Notes: generated by a model not told the origin, from the letters alone. 64,000 bases of DNA from an uncultured Planctomycetota bacterium (GCA_963823665.1 CAWGMQ010000010.1:1792001-1856000); one strand, 5' to 3'. Shown: positions 45,747-56,325, numbered from the stretch's first letter. Numbers and translations: made by a program.

Positions 45747-46189
45747 CGAGTGTCCTTGGCGTGGGAGGGTTGGGTGGCAGGGGCATTGCGATCCGGCGAG
45801 GCGACGCTCGCGCGGGAGGCTCGTGGCGAATGCCGCTCAATACTTTAGCAGGCCCGGGCCGGGTCGGGCCGGAGCGGAGGGTAGTCTTGTCGCACTGCGG
45901 CGCGGATCCGATCCAGTTCAGCGAGGCCTTCGGGAGTGTGACGATAAGCTCGAATCGCCTCGATTTGAGTGCGAACGTTTTCGGGGAGATCAGAAAGACC
46001 TGGTCGACCGGTGCTCATCGTCGGTGCCTCGCGCTGACATTTGTCCCTGCATGATACACGGAATCCGGTGTTTTCCGGGAGCCCGGATTGCGCCATCAGC
46101 CAGGCATGGTGCTTCCGCCGCGGCGTTGTTAGCATTTCGAGAGCAAGGCTGCATCCGACTTGCAAACCTGATTGGAAATGGAGGTCCAT

Positions 46190-46612
46190 ATGTGGGGACG
46201 AGCGCTCGCTGTTGTTACGCGTCTGGCATCGTCGCCTCGAACGCTCGCTGCAGCCGATCAACCGCTCAAGCCGGTCACGGTCACGGTCATCGATGTCGCG
46301 ACCAAGAAACCGGTGACGGAGTTTTCGTATACGCTGGACGTGACTGCTCCGGGTGAAGTGGACGAAGCGCGTGAGCGTGAGCCGGTGAAACCGGTCGACG
46401 TCAAGTCGCCTACCGGGACCTTCGTGGTGAACGTCCCGGAGTCATGCAAGATTCGCTTCACGCTCCATTCGCCCCCTCACCAGCGCTGGCGTGAAGGTCT
46501 CTGGAACAGAAACCGCGACCGCAGACCTGGTTTACGACACAAGTCGGCAACACTGACCGGCTCTGGCCGATCGATCGATCGATCCGCCGTCAAAAATACG
46601 TATCGCACATGA
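46190..46612 (+). pseudogene. Probable 5' fragment of a secreted protein
   Basis: GGAGG RBS, signal-like start, VTVIDVATKKPVTEFSY. Coding character is lost after ~46475. Confidence 0.35.
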
Positions 46613-47955
46613 TGCAATAACGCTGGCCCGGCGGCACCTTGTGGCCATTAGGGCAAAGGCCTTCTCCTCGGGCAGCCGGCTGCGGTTGCGGTTGCGCTTG
46701 CGGCGATGGCGGAGCCGCGGGTTTGGGAGCGGCTGCTGGTGTGACGGGCGGCTTCTTTGGGGCCACAGGAGGCGGCGCTGGCGCGGCTTCCGGCTTTCTG
46801 GGTGGTGGAGGTTGGGGCGCCGGCTGCGGCGGTGCCTGCGCCTGCGGGATGGGTGGCGGCGTGGCCGGCACCGGACGGGGTGCGACTGCCGGCGCTGGTG
46901 CTGCCGTTGGCGCCGGGGTGTTGGCCCGGCGCGACTTCTCGTTGAACCGGATCGAATTGCGCCCGCATGTGATCACAAAATCATTGCCGAGGACGATGCC
47001 TTTTCCACCCTGGTTCCGCAGGGAGAATGTCTGGCGGGCGTCGTTCTTCACGATGGTCACGTCCGCATCGGCGCCGGCAGACGCGGGAAGAAGCGAGAAA
47101 GATCCGTCGCGGGCGCGCTCGAGGCGCACGTGAATGGGCAGAAGGCCGCGGTCGGCTTCGCGCAGGAAGGGAAGGCCCGCGCCCGGGTCCCTGCCCAGGG
47201 TCAGGCTGCTGCCGGAGAGAATCACCTGGCGGCCGGGTCGGTCGCCGTCCAGGACGGTCAGCCAGGCATGCCTGAGCAGCAGATGCGTGAGCCCGATCGC
47301 GCCGCCGATGCAAAGGCCCACGGCCACGAATCCGGCTGCGCGGCTGGTGATCTCGAACTGGAAACTTGGATCGCTCGCGCCGGCGGTGCGTGCCACGAGT
47401 GCGCCGATCGGGTCGAAGAGGATTCCGCCGATCAGTCCGCCGATCAGTCCGCCGATCAAGCCGTTGCGCATCCGGTTGGGAGAGAGGGTGATCAATCCGT
47501 CGGCGAGCCCGACTAGCCCGCCGGCCGCCATCCAGCCAACGGGTCGAACCCACCCGTAGCCGCCACCGCCGCCTGCGAACGATTGGTAGATCATTGCACC
47601 GAGCCAGCCCCCCGCGAATCCGCCGAGACCGCCGGCGATGAGCCCGCGGAGCATTCGAAAGATCTGGGGCCCGAGCTGCCAGTTCGACAGCCCACCTGCG
47701 AGGCCCAGACCCGCGCCGATCGCGGCCCCCACCAGGCAAAACGCCGCGATCGTCTGGTTTTTCTCGCTCGCGAGCGCGGCGCCCAGGGCACGCGAGCCAA
47801 GGAAGCGAGGATCGCTCGCGGCGGCAGCGCCCGGGTTCCGGCGTCGCGCTTCCCTGGACGACACCCTGGCGGAGTATCTCGGCCGCAAACCAGCCGCCAA
47901 AGGCCATCCAGCCGCAGATCACCGCGCCCAGATACACCGTCCGCAAGAGTGACAT
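46590..47955 (-). CDS. Multi-TM FHA-like domain protein with Pro/Ala linker and C-terminal zinc ribbon; frameshift at ~47860
   Basis: Gly-rich TM helices. AWLTVLDGDRPGRQVIL..LGRD. C-terminal CPNGH..YCIMC. Confidence 0.7.
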
Positions 47956-47970
47956 GACTGAATGACCTCG

Positions 47971-49317
47971 TCAGTGTGCCGGATCGTCCAGCGCGTTTGG
48001 CTGTCCCTCACGCGTAAAGCGGTAGTAAACTTCGAGCATGAGGGTCGCGAGTGCGGTGCTGTAGATCCGGCCGCCCATGCCGCCACGAAAGGTGCCGCGG
48101 GGATCCCAGCTTCCACGATCACAGCCCGAGCCTTTGGTCTGGTTGGCGACGACGGCGTCGCGTACCGCGTCGTTCCACCGACTCCATCTCTCGCCGCCGC
48201 TCTGGTACATGGCCAGGGTCGCGTTGTAGAGGGTGTAGAACTCGGCAGTGCCGCTGCGCACACTGTCACGATACGTGTTAGCCCGACCGGCGAGGAAGGT
48301 TGCCGACGACTTGACGATCGGCGCCTCCGGCTCCTTGAGCAACAGGAGGTGCGCGAGCATCCCCACGGCCGTGATCGCGTCGGAGTTGGCATTTTCTCCC
48401 GCCTGGTACGACGTTCGCCCATCGGCGGTTTCACACGACTTGAAGAAGTACCGGGCTTCATTCACGGTATCATCCCGCACGGGAATCTCGGCCTCCCTGG
48501 CCGATTTCAGGGCGAGAATCGCCCAGCCCGAGACCGAACAGTCGCTCCGCTCTTGCTTGTTGACGGTGTAGCGCCAGCCGCCGTCATTGTGCTGATGCTC
48601 TTCGATAAACTCGATTGCCTTCTTCGTCGCGGTCTTGAGGCGAGGCTCGTCCGGCTTGCCTTGTGCCTTGCGCACGGCGCACGCTTCCGCCAATGCAAAC
48701 GCAGCCATCGCGTGCTCGTACATATACGTATTGGGATAATTTCCGCGTTGACCCTCGGGCACGCCGACCAGCGCACCGTCGGGCTGCTGGTGCTCGATCA
48801 GCCAGTCGAGCCCGCGCTTGACCTGGCTCGAGTATTTTTCCACGTTGGATTCGTAATTTCCGGAGGCCTGAAGTGCCAGGAGGGCGAGACCCGTCTGCGC
48901 CATGACAAAGGGATCGCCGGGGGTGGTGCATGCCTTCTCGTCTGCTTCACATTTCGAGAGGGGGCTGCTCGCTCTCGGGCCGAGGCACGCGCTCGACCAG
49001 GAGCCGTCGTCGGCCTGGTGCCGGACGAGCCAGTTCAGTCCGTCCTGCACGCATCCCTCGGTTTCAACCGAGCCGCCGAACTGGGCGACCCATTTCGCTT
49101 TGTCTTTCCTGGTTCGCAACACGTAGGTGCGGTGCTCGGTTGTGCCGGAAAGGCCCTTTTCAATTTCGACCTTCTCCTCGTAGCCTTCCTTGGGCTTGGG
49201 AGCCTGTGTGCGCGGTAGGCGGGTCTCGACGCTGTAGACGCCCGCCACGGCAAGCAAGAGTCCGACAAGCAGGCCCGTGTCGATCAAGATGCTCTTCAGT
49301 CTCTCGACCAGATTCAT
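47971..49317 (-). CDS. Prenyltransferase/squalene oxidase repeat protein
   Basis: GLNWLVRHQADDGSW, TGLALLAL, MYEHAMAAFALAEA, GGWRY, DCSVSGWAILALKSA, GGRIYSTALATLMLEVYYR. Confidence 0.85.
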   Translation of the reverse strand: MNLVERLKSILIDTGLLVGLLLAVAGVYSVETRLPRTQAPKPKEGYEEKVEIEKGLSGTTEHRTYVLRTRKDKAKWVAQFGGSVETEGCVQDGLNWLVRHQADDGSWSSACLGPRASSPLSKCEADEKACTTPGDPFVMAQTGLALLALQASGNYESNVEKYSSQVKRGLDWLIEHQQPDGALVGVPEGQRGNYPNTYMYEHAMAAFALAEACAVRKAQGKPDEPRLKTATKKAIEFIEEHQHNDGGWRYTVNKQERSDCSVSGWAILALKSAREAEIPVRDDTVNEARYFFKSCETADGRTSYQAGENANSDAITAVGMLAHLLLLKEPEAPIVKSSATFLAGRANTYRDSVRSGTAEFYTLYNATLAMYQSGGERWSRWNDAVRDAVVANQTKGSGCDRGSWDPRGTFRGGMGGRIYSTALATLMLEVYYRFTREGQPNALDDPAH

Positions 49318-49445
49318 GACTCAACTCGGTGGCAGGAGCATGGTCGAGCGCGATGCGTACGCAGTCCAGACCATCGAAAAACGCGCACAAGCTGATGGAT
49401 CGGATTACAACCTAGGCAAGGCAGAATGTCAATCAAGCGGAACAA

Positions 49446-49564
49446 GACCTTCGGTCGCGCGGAGGGCGGGGTCTGGAGACCCGCGCCCAACGGGGCGACC
49501 TTTGGTCGCGCAGAGTGCCACCCATCAGATGAGGAGCGGGCGGCACACGGAGTGTGCCTGCTAC
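49446..49564. repeat. Cluster of REP-like palindromes
   Basis: Two GACCTT(C/T)GGTCGCGC(G/A)GAG copies, a GGGTCTGGAGACCC hairpin, and a GTAG-type REP at 49541-49564 (minus). Confidence 0.6.
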
Positions 49565-49595
49565 ACGAGAGGGGAAGCCATTGCCACCGGGGGGC

Positions 49596-52209
49596 TCAGG
49601 CGGGGATGATCGTCTTACCGCCCGGCGCGATCGCGAAGTTGCTCGTTCCGGTGAGTGACCCTCCGCTGGCACTCGCGACGGACGGGCTCACCATCAAAAC
49701 TCCACCCTTCGGGAACGACTGCTTGCCAGCGAGCCCGACGGTCGCCGTGTTGCTCGACGCGTCATACGATACCGTGATCCCAACCGCGCTCATGTGCGCG
49801 GCACTGTTGATCCCGTGCGCATTGGCTCGCACGTTCTCGAGCTGATCGAAGGCGCTGTTCGCTGCGGTCGCACCCATCGGCCGGCTGAACTCGATCGTAA
49901 AACCGGTGAGCACCGGTTTGCCCACAGGCTTGCCGCGTTTGTTCGTCTTGCGACGGAAAATCGCTTGCTCGCCGATGATGGTCGGCGCGGGAGGCTGCAC
50001 TGGAGCGGCTTTGGGCGTTGTGTGCGGTGTCGTTGCAACGGTTGTCCTGGGAGTGGAGCTCGAATCGGACGTCGGTGTGGGACTTGAGCTCGACGTGGGA
50101 GTGGAGCTCGAGCCGGAACTTGTGCTGGAACCCGAGCCGGACGTTGCAGTGCCGGTCGAGCTCGTCGTCGAAGTGCCGGTCGAGCTCGTCGTCGAAGTGC
50201 CGGTCGAGCTCGTCGTCGAAGTGCCGGTCGCGTTCGTCGTCGAAGTGCCGGTCGAGCCCGACGTTGCAGTGCCGGTTGAGCTCGATGTTGCAGTGCCGGT
50301 CGAGCCCGACGTTGCAGTGCCGGTCGACTCGACGTTGCAGTGCCGGTTGAGCCCGACGTTCCAGTGCCGGTCGAGCTCGATGTTGCAGTGCCGGTCGAGC
50401 TCGACGTTGCAGTGCCGGTCGAGCCCGATTGCGCATACCAGAGCTCCGTGCCCAGAGAGTCGCTCGCGGTGAAGAAAAGTGTGGTGCCGACGGGCGTGGG
50501 GTTATCCGGATACTGTGGCAGGCTGCCCAGGTCGGTCGTTCCAGCCGCGGTTCCGTCGCTCTCCCAGAGGTCGATGTCAGGGACGTTCGACGAAGATTGT
50601 TCGCCCACGAGGATGAACAACGTGTTGTTCGAGGCGACGAGCTGGTCGATGTAAGAGTAGTTCCCGCCGGGCAGGTCCGTGACCACGTTAGTCCCGCCGG
50701 CAGTGCCGTTACTTGACCAGAGCGATTGCTTTCCGTTCGATGGATCGTTGGCCAGGAAGAACAGCGTTCCGTTCATTTCGACGAGGTTCGAGGGGGCGAC
50801 TTCGCCTGCGCCAGCGGTTGCGGTAGTGACGGGCATCGTTCCCGCGACGGTTCCATCGGTGGACCAGAGCTGTGGGGCCGCTCCGTTCGGGGCTACGAAG
50901 TAGACTTTGGCGCCCGCCACAATCAATGCGCTCGGCGGGCTTCCGGATCCGTAGCCGTAGTTGCCGCTCGGCTGGAAATCTTGCAGCTGGACCGTGCCGG
51001 CGGCGGTGCCGTCGCTAGCCCACAATGATTCCGTCGAGTCTGTCAAGTCTTGCTCGGTGAAGATCAGCTCGTTTCCGAGTGCCACGGCTTGATCGATCGG
51101 GCCGCTCAGCGAGGTCACCTCGGCTGTCCCCGCGGCCGTGCCGTCGCTGGACCAGAGCTGGTAGACGGCGTTGTCGCTCCCGAATGTGCCGTCGATGATC
51201 GCGAAGAACACCTTGCCGTTCACGGCCGTCAGTGAGTAGACACTTGAACCGCTGTTCGGTATCGATGTGACGAGCGAGGTTCCGCTCGCCGTGCCTTTGC
51301 TCTTCCAGAGATCCAGACCGGTTCCCGAGTCGTTCGATTCGCTCGTGAGGAAGTAGATGGCGTTTCCCGAGACCGTCAGTCCACTCATCTGAATGGCGGA
51401 CGAATCTCCAGTGAAGATGGGCGCCGTTCCCGCCGCTGTGCCGTCGCTCTGATAAATCGTGGGGGCCGACGAGCCCGGGCCCCCCCGCCGGCTTCAAAGT
51501 AGATCGATCCGCCGGCGCCGGGATTGATGTCGCTCACCATCGTCGTGCCCGAGGCCGTTCCATCGCTTTTCCAGAGCTCTTCGCCGTGGCCGCTGCCGTC
51601 ATCGGCGGCGAAGAGCAGCGTGGAATTGTTGACCGCGGTGAGGGCGGTCGGCCCCGAGACCCAGTCGACATTCGGAGTGACCGGGGCAGCCGTTCCCGCG
51701 TTAACCGCCCAGAGCTGGGCCGTGAGGCTTGGCGAAGACTGGGTGGCATATTCGCCGACGAAGTAGACCGTGCTGCCGACCGCGGTGAAATCACCCGCGG
51801 AATCAAACACGCCGCCCGAGGTGGTCACGGGAACCGTGCCGTTTGCGGTTCCATCGCTCGTCCAGACCTGGGCAGTGTTGGTGGTGCCGTCGTACACCGC
51901 GAAGTAGAGAGAGCCGTTGGCGACTTCAAGCGGATCGTTCGAGCCAATCGGGCCCGCCATCGAGAGATTGTGGAAATCGGTGAGCTGCGTCGTGCCCGCG
52001 GGCGTGCCGTCGGTTACTCACAGCTCGTCGCCGTTCGTGCCATCGTTGCCATCGAAGAAGATCTTGCTGCCCAGCACCGTCAAGTCGCTCAGCCCGCTGC
52101 CTTCGGTGAAATTGGTCAACTGGACGGTGCCCGCACTCGTGCCGTCGGAAGTCCAGAGCTGAGGAGTTTCTGAACCGTCGCTGTCGGTCGTTTCAATCGC
52201 CATACCCAT
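49596..52209 (-). CDS. ELWxxDGT repeat surface protein with Ser/Thr linker and basic C-terminal domain; several frameshifts and a premature stop near 52018, possibly a pseudogene
   Basis: Repeated (E/Q)LWxSDGTxAGT. STGTATSG repeats. C-terminal IIGEQAIFRRKTNKRGKPVGKPVLTGFTIEFS. Confidence 0.75.
50140..50430. repeat. 24-bp coding tandem repeat, ~12 units
   Basis: Units of the type GTGCCGGTCGAGCYCGWCGTYGMA encode STGT(S/A)T(T/S)(S/G) on the minus strand. One unit is 23 nt. Confidence 0.85.
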
Positions 52210-52448
52210 TGGGACATGAGTTACCTCGCGAAATGCCTGATAGTGTCAGGTCCGCATTGACCACAAATCATGGGCCGAGCCCGGCGGCACGAAGCGCCGA
52301 TCCGCAGGCCAACCTGCTCATTTGCCTGTCGTTCATTGACAGGCGATTCGTCAAGGTCCGACGATTGGAGATTCTGGCCGAGTTCCTATCGGCTCGGCCA
52401 TGTGATCATCATTAGAATCGGCACACACGAATTGTTGAAGCCCAATCG

Positions 52449-53576
52449 ATGGACCAGGAGGTGACGGCCGTGGAACCAACGGAATCCCAGCCGGGTGAAA
52501 CACACGTGGGGACCAACCCCACGCGTGAGGTGCGCCACGAGTATACGCTCAACTTCCCGCGCATCCTCGAGCATCTGGGGGCCTCGCTGCTGGTCTCCAC
52601 GTACCAGGCGGGGAAAGTCGTGGTTATCGGCTCCGGTGCGGGAGAACTTTCGCTTTCGTACCACAACTTCGAGAAGGCGATGGGGATCGCCGCGCGGCCG
52701 GGAGAGGTCGCGGTGGGTGCCCGCGCGGCGATCTGGTTTCTGAGCGACCATCCGAAGATCGCCAGGCAGCTCGAGCCAGCCGGCAGCCACGAGGCGTGTT
52801 ACCTCGCGAGGTGTGCCAAGGTGACGGGAGAAATCTTGGGGCATGACCTGGCCTGGGTGGGAGAGGAGCTCTGGGTGGTGAACACGGCCTTTTCGTGCCT
52901 GTGCACGCTGGACGAACGGCATAGCTTTGTGCCGCGCTGGAAGCCCAGGTTCATCAAGGCGCTGGAGGCTGAGGACCGCTGCCATTTGAATGGACTCGCA
53001 TGTGCGGAGACACGGGTGAAGCTGGTGACGGCGCTGGCCGAGACGGATGAGGCTGGAGGCTGGCGGGCCGCGAAGGCGACGACGGGCTGCCTGATCGACG
53101 TGGAAAGTGGCGAGACGGTGGTGCGAGGGCTGGCGATGCCGCATTCGCCGCGCGTGCATCAGGGAAAGATCTGGCTACTCGACTCGGGGCGCGGGCGGCT
53201 GGTGGTGGCGGACGCAGAGCGGGGTAGTATCACGACCGTCAGCGACTTGCCCGGCTATGCGCGGGGGCTGGCCATGATGGGGAGCTTCGCGTTCGTGGGG
53301 CTCTCGCGTATTCGTGAGACCTCGACCTTCGGCGGTTTGCCGATCGCCGATCGCCGCGATTCGCTCAAATGCGGAGTGGCAGTCGTCGACTTGGTCTCCG
53401 GCGGTCAGATGGCGCTCCTCGAGTTTCATACGGGGGTCGAGGAGATATTCGACATTCAGATCCTGCCCGGGATCCGGTCTCCCGTGATGTCGGGCCCTCA
53501 TCCGCACCTTGACGGCAAGCCGCCAATCTGGACGGTGCCGGCTTCGGCGCGGTCTCTGTGTGAGACAGATTCTTAG
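52449..53576 (+). CDS. TIGR03032 family (DUF4915) protein
   Basis: SLLVSTYQAGK, VNTAFSCLC, HSFVPRWKPRFI, EDRCHLNGLA, GLAMPHSPR, PGYARGL, FVGLSRIRE, EEIFDI. Confidence 0.9.
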   Translation: MDQEVTAVEPTESQPGETHVGTNPTREVRHEYTLNFPRILEHLGASLLVSTYQAGKVVVIGSGAGELSLSYHNFEKAMGIAARPGEVAVGARAAIWFLSDHPKIARQLEPAGSHEACYLARCAKVTGEILGHDLAWVGEELWVVNTAFSCLCTLDERHSFVPRWKPRFIKALEAEDRCHLNGLACAETRVKLVTALAETDEAGGWRAAKATTGCLIDVESGETVVRGLAMPHSPRVHQGKIWLLDSGRGRLVVADAERGSITTVSDLPGYARGLAMMGSFAFVGLSRIRETSTFGGLPIADRRDSLKCGVAVVDLVSGGQMALLEFHTGVEEIFDIQILPGIRSPVMSGPHPHLDGKPPIWTVPASARSLCETDS

Positions 53577-53756
53577 ATTGGCGGGGTGGCGATCGTTCGC
53601 GAGCCCCGCGTTTTGCCCGAACGTGGCCTCGATCTTAATTATTCAGATGTCGGCCTATTTAGGCCGATCTGTTAGGGGAGTGTGCGCTACGAGGCTTGGG
53701 GGCGCACTCAACGCGATAAAGGGCATCAGCAGGAGAGTCCGATCCGCGCGTGGGTA

Positions 53757-53808
53757 TTGATTTACTGTCTTGTATTCTATACATTAAATCGATGGAACGC
53801 CTAGAATA
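53757..53808 (+). promoter_or_regulatory. sigma70 promoter TTGATT-N17-TACATT with inverted repeat TATTCTA-N22-TAGAATA
   Basis: AT-rich patch directly upstream of the HTH gene. Arms at 53773-53779 and 53802-53808. Confidence 0.55.
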
Positions 53809-53823
53809 TGGGGCTGTAATTTG

Positions 53824-54168
53824 ATGAGAAAACAATCGTCTGGAAATCGGCCGCTGCCGGTGGTTCGTGCACTGCGGAAGCTGGGTTCCGATCTTCGCGA
53901 TGCGCGGCGGCGGCGGCGGATACCGACGGCGCTCTTGGCGGAACGGGCGCTCATCAGCCGGATGACGCTCGGGCGGGTTGAAAGAGGGGATCCGGGCGCA
54001 TCGGCTGGCGCTTATGCGACTGTCTTGTTCGTGCTGGGGATGGAAAGCCGGTTGGCTGAACTGGCGGACGCCTCGCACGATGTGGTTGGAGTTTCGCTGG
54101 AAGACGAACGATTGCCGAAGCGCATCCGGCTTCCGAGGGACCGAGATAGGAAGAAGGCTGTCGAGTGA
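53824..54168 (+). CDS. XRE-type HTH protein, putative antitoxin
   Basis: LGSDLRDARRRRRI..LAERALISRMTLGRVERGDPG. Stop overlaps the HipA start (TGATG). Confidence 0.85.
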   Translation: MRKQSSGNRPLPVVRALRKLGSDLRDARRRRRIPTALLAERALISRMTLGRVERGDPGASAGAYATVLFVLGMESRLAELADASHDVVGVSLEDERLPKRIRLPRDRDRKKAVE

Positions 54169-55433
54169 TGGACCGCGAGGTTCTGGTTTACGCCGATCTG
54201 GGTGGTGTGCCGAACGTGGTAGGGCGGCTGTGGGCGCGCGTGCGCAAGGGACGGGAAAGTGCCACGTTTGAATATGAAGATCAGTGGCTGCGGCATCCGG
54301 AGCGGTTCGCCCTGGAGCCCGCGCTTGCGCTTGGCACCGGTCCTCTGCACACGCCGTCGGGCCGCGCTCTCTTCGGTGCCCTTGGGGATTCCGCGCCGGA
54401 TCGGTGGGGCCGGCTGCTGATGCGCCGAGCCGAGCGGATGCGTGCCGGCCGCGAGGGGAGGGAAGTACGGACGTTGTTCGAGGCTGACTATCTGCTTCTG
54501 GTGGACGACGAGGCACGGCAGGGTGCGTTGCGGTTCGCAGAGGAGGATGTTGGCCCGTTTCTGGCGGCGGATCTCGCACATCGAATTCCGCCGCTTGTTG
54601 AGCTACCGCGGCTGCTTCATGCGACCGAGCGAGTGATCGGGGACACGGAGACCGAAGACGACTTGCGGCTACTGCTTGTGCCCGGGTCTTCGCTGGGCGG
54701 AGCACGCCCGAAAGCCGCCGTTCGTGATCGCGACGGCGCGCTCGCGATCGCAAAATTCGCGCAGAAAGACGACGACTTTGATGTTGTGGCGTGGGAAGCA
54801 GTGGCGCTTGGTCTGGCAAGCAACGCCGGAATTCGTGTGCCGTTATGGCGAATCGAGGAGGTTGCCGGCAGAAACGTGCTCTTGCTCGCTCGCTTTGATC
54901 GGAGCCGCGGATCACGAATTCCGTTCCTGTCGGCGATGAGCATGCTGGGCGCGAGTGATGGTGAATCGCGAAGCTACCTTGAGATCGCCGATGCGATTCA
55001 TCGGTACGGCTCGGGTCCTGATGATGATGTTCGGGAGTTGTGGCGCAGGATTGTGTTCAACGTGCTGGTTTCCAATACAGATGATCATTTGAGAAATCAC
55101 GGCTTTCTGTACGACCGGGGCAAGGGTTGGCGGCTGTCGCCGGCTTACGATCTGGATCCCGTTTCGGTGGAGGTGCGGCCGCGAGTGCTGAGCCTTGCCA
55201 TCACGCTTGACGACGCGACTGCGGATCTGGATCTGGCATTTGAAGTCGCGGAGTACTTTGGCGTCTCGCCCGGAGAGGCGCGACGGGTCTGCGGGGAGGT
55301 GGGGTCGGCGGTTTCGGGATGGCGCGATGGGGCTCGTCGGGCGGGGATCGGCGCTGCGGAGATGGATCGGATGGCTTCCGCGTTCGAGCATGATGACCTG
55401 AGGAAGAGCTTGGCGATGCGCGGGGTCGCGTGA
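54168..55433 (+). CDS. HipA-family kinase toxin
   Basis: DSAPDRWGR, GSSLGGARPKA, IAKF, RFDR, NTDDHLRNHGFL, LSPAYD. Confidence 0.9.
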   Translation: MDREVLVYADLGGVPNVVGRLWARVRKGRESATFEYEDQWLRHPERFALEPALALGTGPLHTPSGRALFGALGDSAPDRWGRLLMRRAERMRAGREGREVRTLFEADYLLLVDDEARQGALRFAEEDVGPFLAADLAHRIPPLVELPRLLHATERVIGDTETEDDLRLLLVPGSSLGGARPKAAVRDRDGALAIAKFAQKDDDFDVVAWEAVALGLASNAGIRVPLWRIEEVAGRNVLLLARFDRSRGSRIPFLSAMSMLGASDGESRSYLEIADAIHRYGSGPDDDVRELWRRIVFNVLVSNTDDHLRNHGFLYDRGKGWRLSPAYDLDPVSVEVRPRVLSLAITLDDATADLDLAFEVAEYFGVSPGEARRVCGEVGSAVSGWRDGARRAGIGAAEMDRMASAFEHDDLRKSLAMRGVA

Positions 55434-55483
55434 AGCGTAGGGCGGGTGGTGGGGCGAGGAGTGGAGGAACGGAGAGGGGCTGA

Positions 55484-55780
55484 ATGATGAAGCCAGCGGA
55501 GGCGCTCGTTTGTGCGCGCTGCTCAAAGCCGCGCGCGCCAGGGCGAGGGGGCTTCTATCTTGTGCGGATCGATGCCGTTGCCGATCCCAGCGTGCCGGAG
55601 ATGGAACCGCTCGATGAGAAGGAGATCGCCCGGCGGATCGACGCGCTGCTCAAGCAGCTCGCGGGAATCTCCCATGAAGATGCGATGAAGCAGGTTATCG
55701 AACACAAGACAATTTATCTGTGCTGTACGTGTTATCGCGCGTGGATCGAGAATCCGGCTGGGGCTCCATCAGCTCGGTGA
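55484..55780 (+). CDS. Small putative zinc-binding hypothetical protein
   Basis: GAGG RBS. CARC near the N-terminus and CCTC near the C-terminus. Confidence 0.65.
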   Translation: MMKPAEALVCARCSKPRAPGRGGFYLVRIDAVADPSVPEMEPLDEKEIARRIDALLKQLAGISHEDAMKQVIEHKTIYLCCTCYRAWIENPAGAPSAR

Positions 55781-55864
55781 GAGAGCCGAAATCGCCCCGG
55801 GGCGGCATGTGTCGACGCAGCCGGGCGCGCGTCAATTCGCGCTGGAGCGGCCTGGCCACACACT

Positions 55865-55939
55865 AACCCGACGCGCCAGCGAGGAAGGTTGGACTGAATC
55901 TGGCGGCGATCGCACGAATCCTCGCTGGCGCTTCGGGTT
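55865..55939. repeat. Inverted REP-like doublet between convergent genes
   Basis: AACCCGACGCGCCAGCGAGGA (55865-55885) and its 20/21 reverse complement (55919-55939). Confidence 0.7.
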
Positions 55940-55974
55940 GGAATGGCGGAAACGCGGTTGCCTCGATCGCGCGG

Positions 55975-56325
55975 TCAGCCTGACTTGGGTGTCCAGAGGC
56001 CGATTGTGGTGCCGTCTGGGTCGGCGAACCAGGCGAAGGTGCCGGTCGGAATCGTCACAGCGGGAACGATCGTCTTGCCACCCAGGGATTCAATTTTTGC
56101 GAGATAGGCGGGGATGTCGTCTACCTGGACGTAGAAGGTGGCGTAGTGGTGCGGCTCGTGGCCCAGCGAGGTGATGTGGCCATTGATGCCGCTGCCGGCG
56201 CCGGTGTCGATCATCCCCGCGGGGCCCGCGTCGGTGATCGCCCAGCCGAACAGCGTGGCGAAGAATGACTGTGTGCGGGCTTTGTCTCGGCAACCGATCT
56301 CAAAATGCACGACGGGGCAGCCCAT
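55975..56325 (-). CDS. VOC (glyoxalase/bleomycin resistance) family protein
   Basis: GGAGG RBS. PVVHFEI, FFATLFGW, FYVQVDDI, LGGKTI, FADPDGTTIGLW. Confidence 0.92.
   Translation of the reverse strand: MGCPVVHFEIGCRDKARTQSFFATLFGWAITDAGPAGMIDTGAGSGINGHITSLGHEPHHYATFYVQVDDIPAYLAKIESLGGKTIVPAVTIPTGTFAWFADPDGTTIGLWTPKSG

Noticed and set aside
50140..50430. 24-bp periodic repeat as a CRISPR array
   Set aside because: Units are contiguous with no unique spacers, they encode a Ser/Thr linker, and no cas genes are present.
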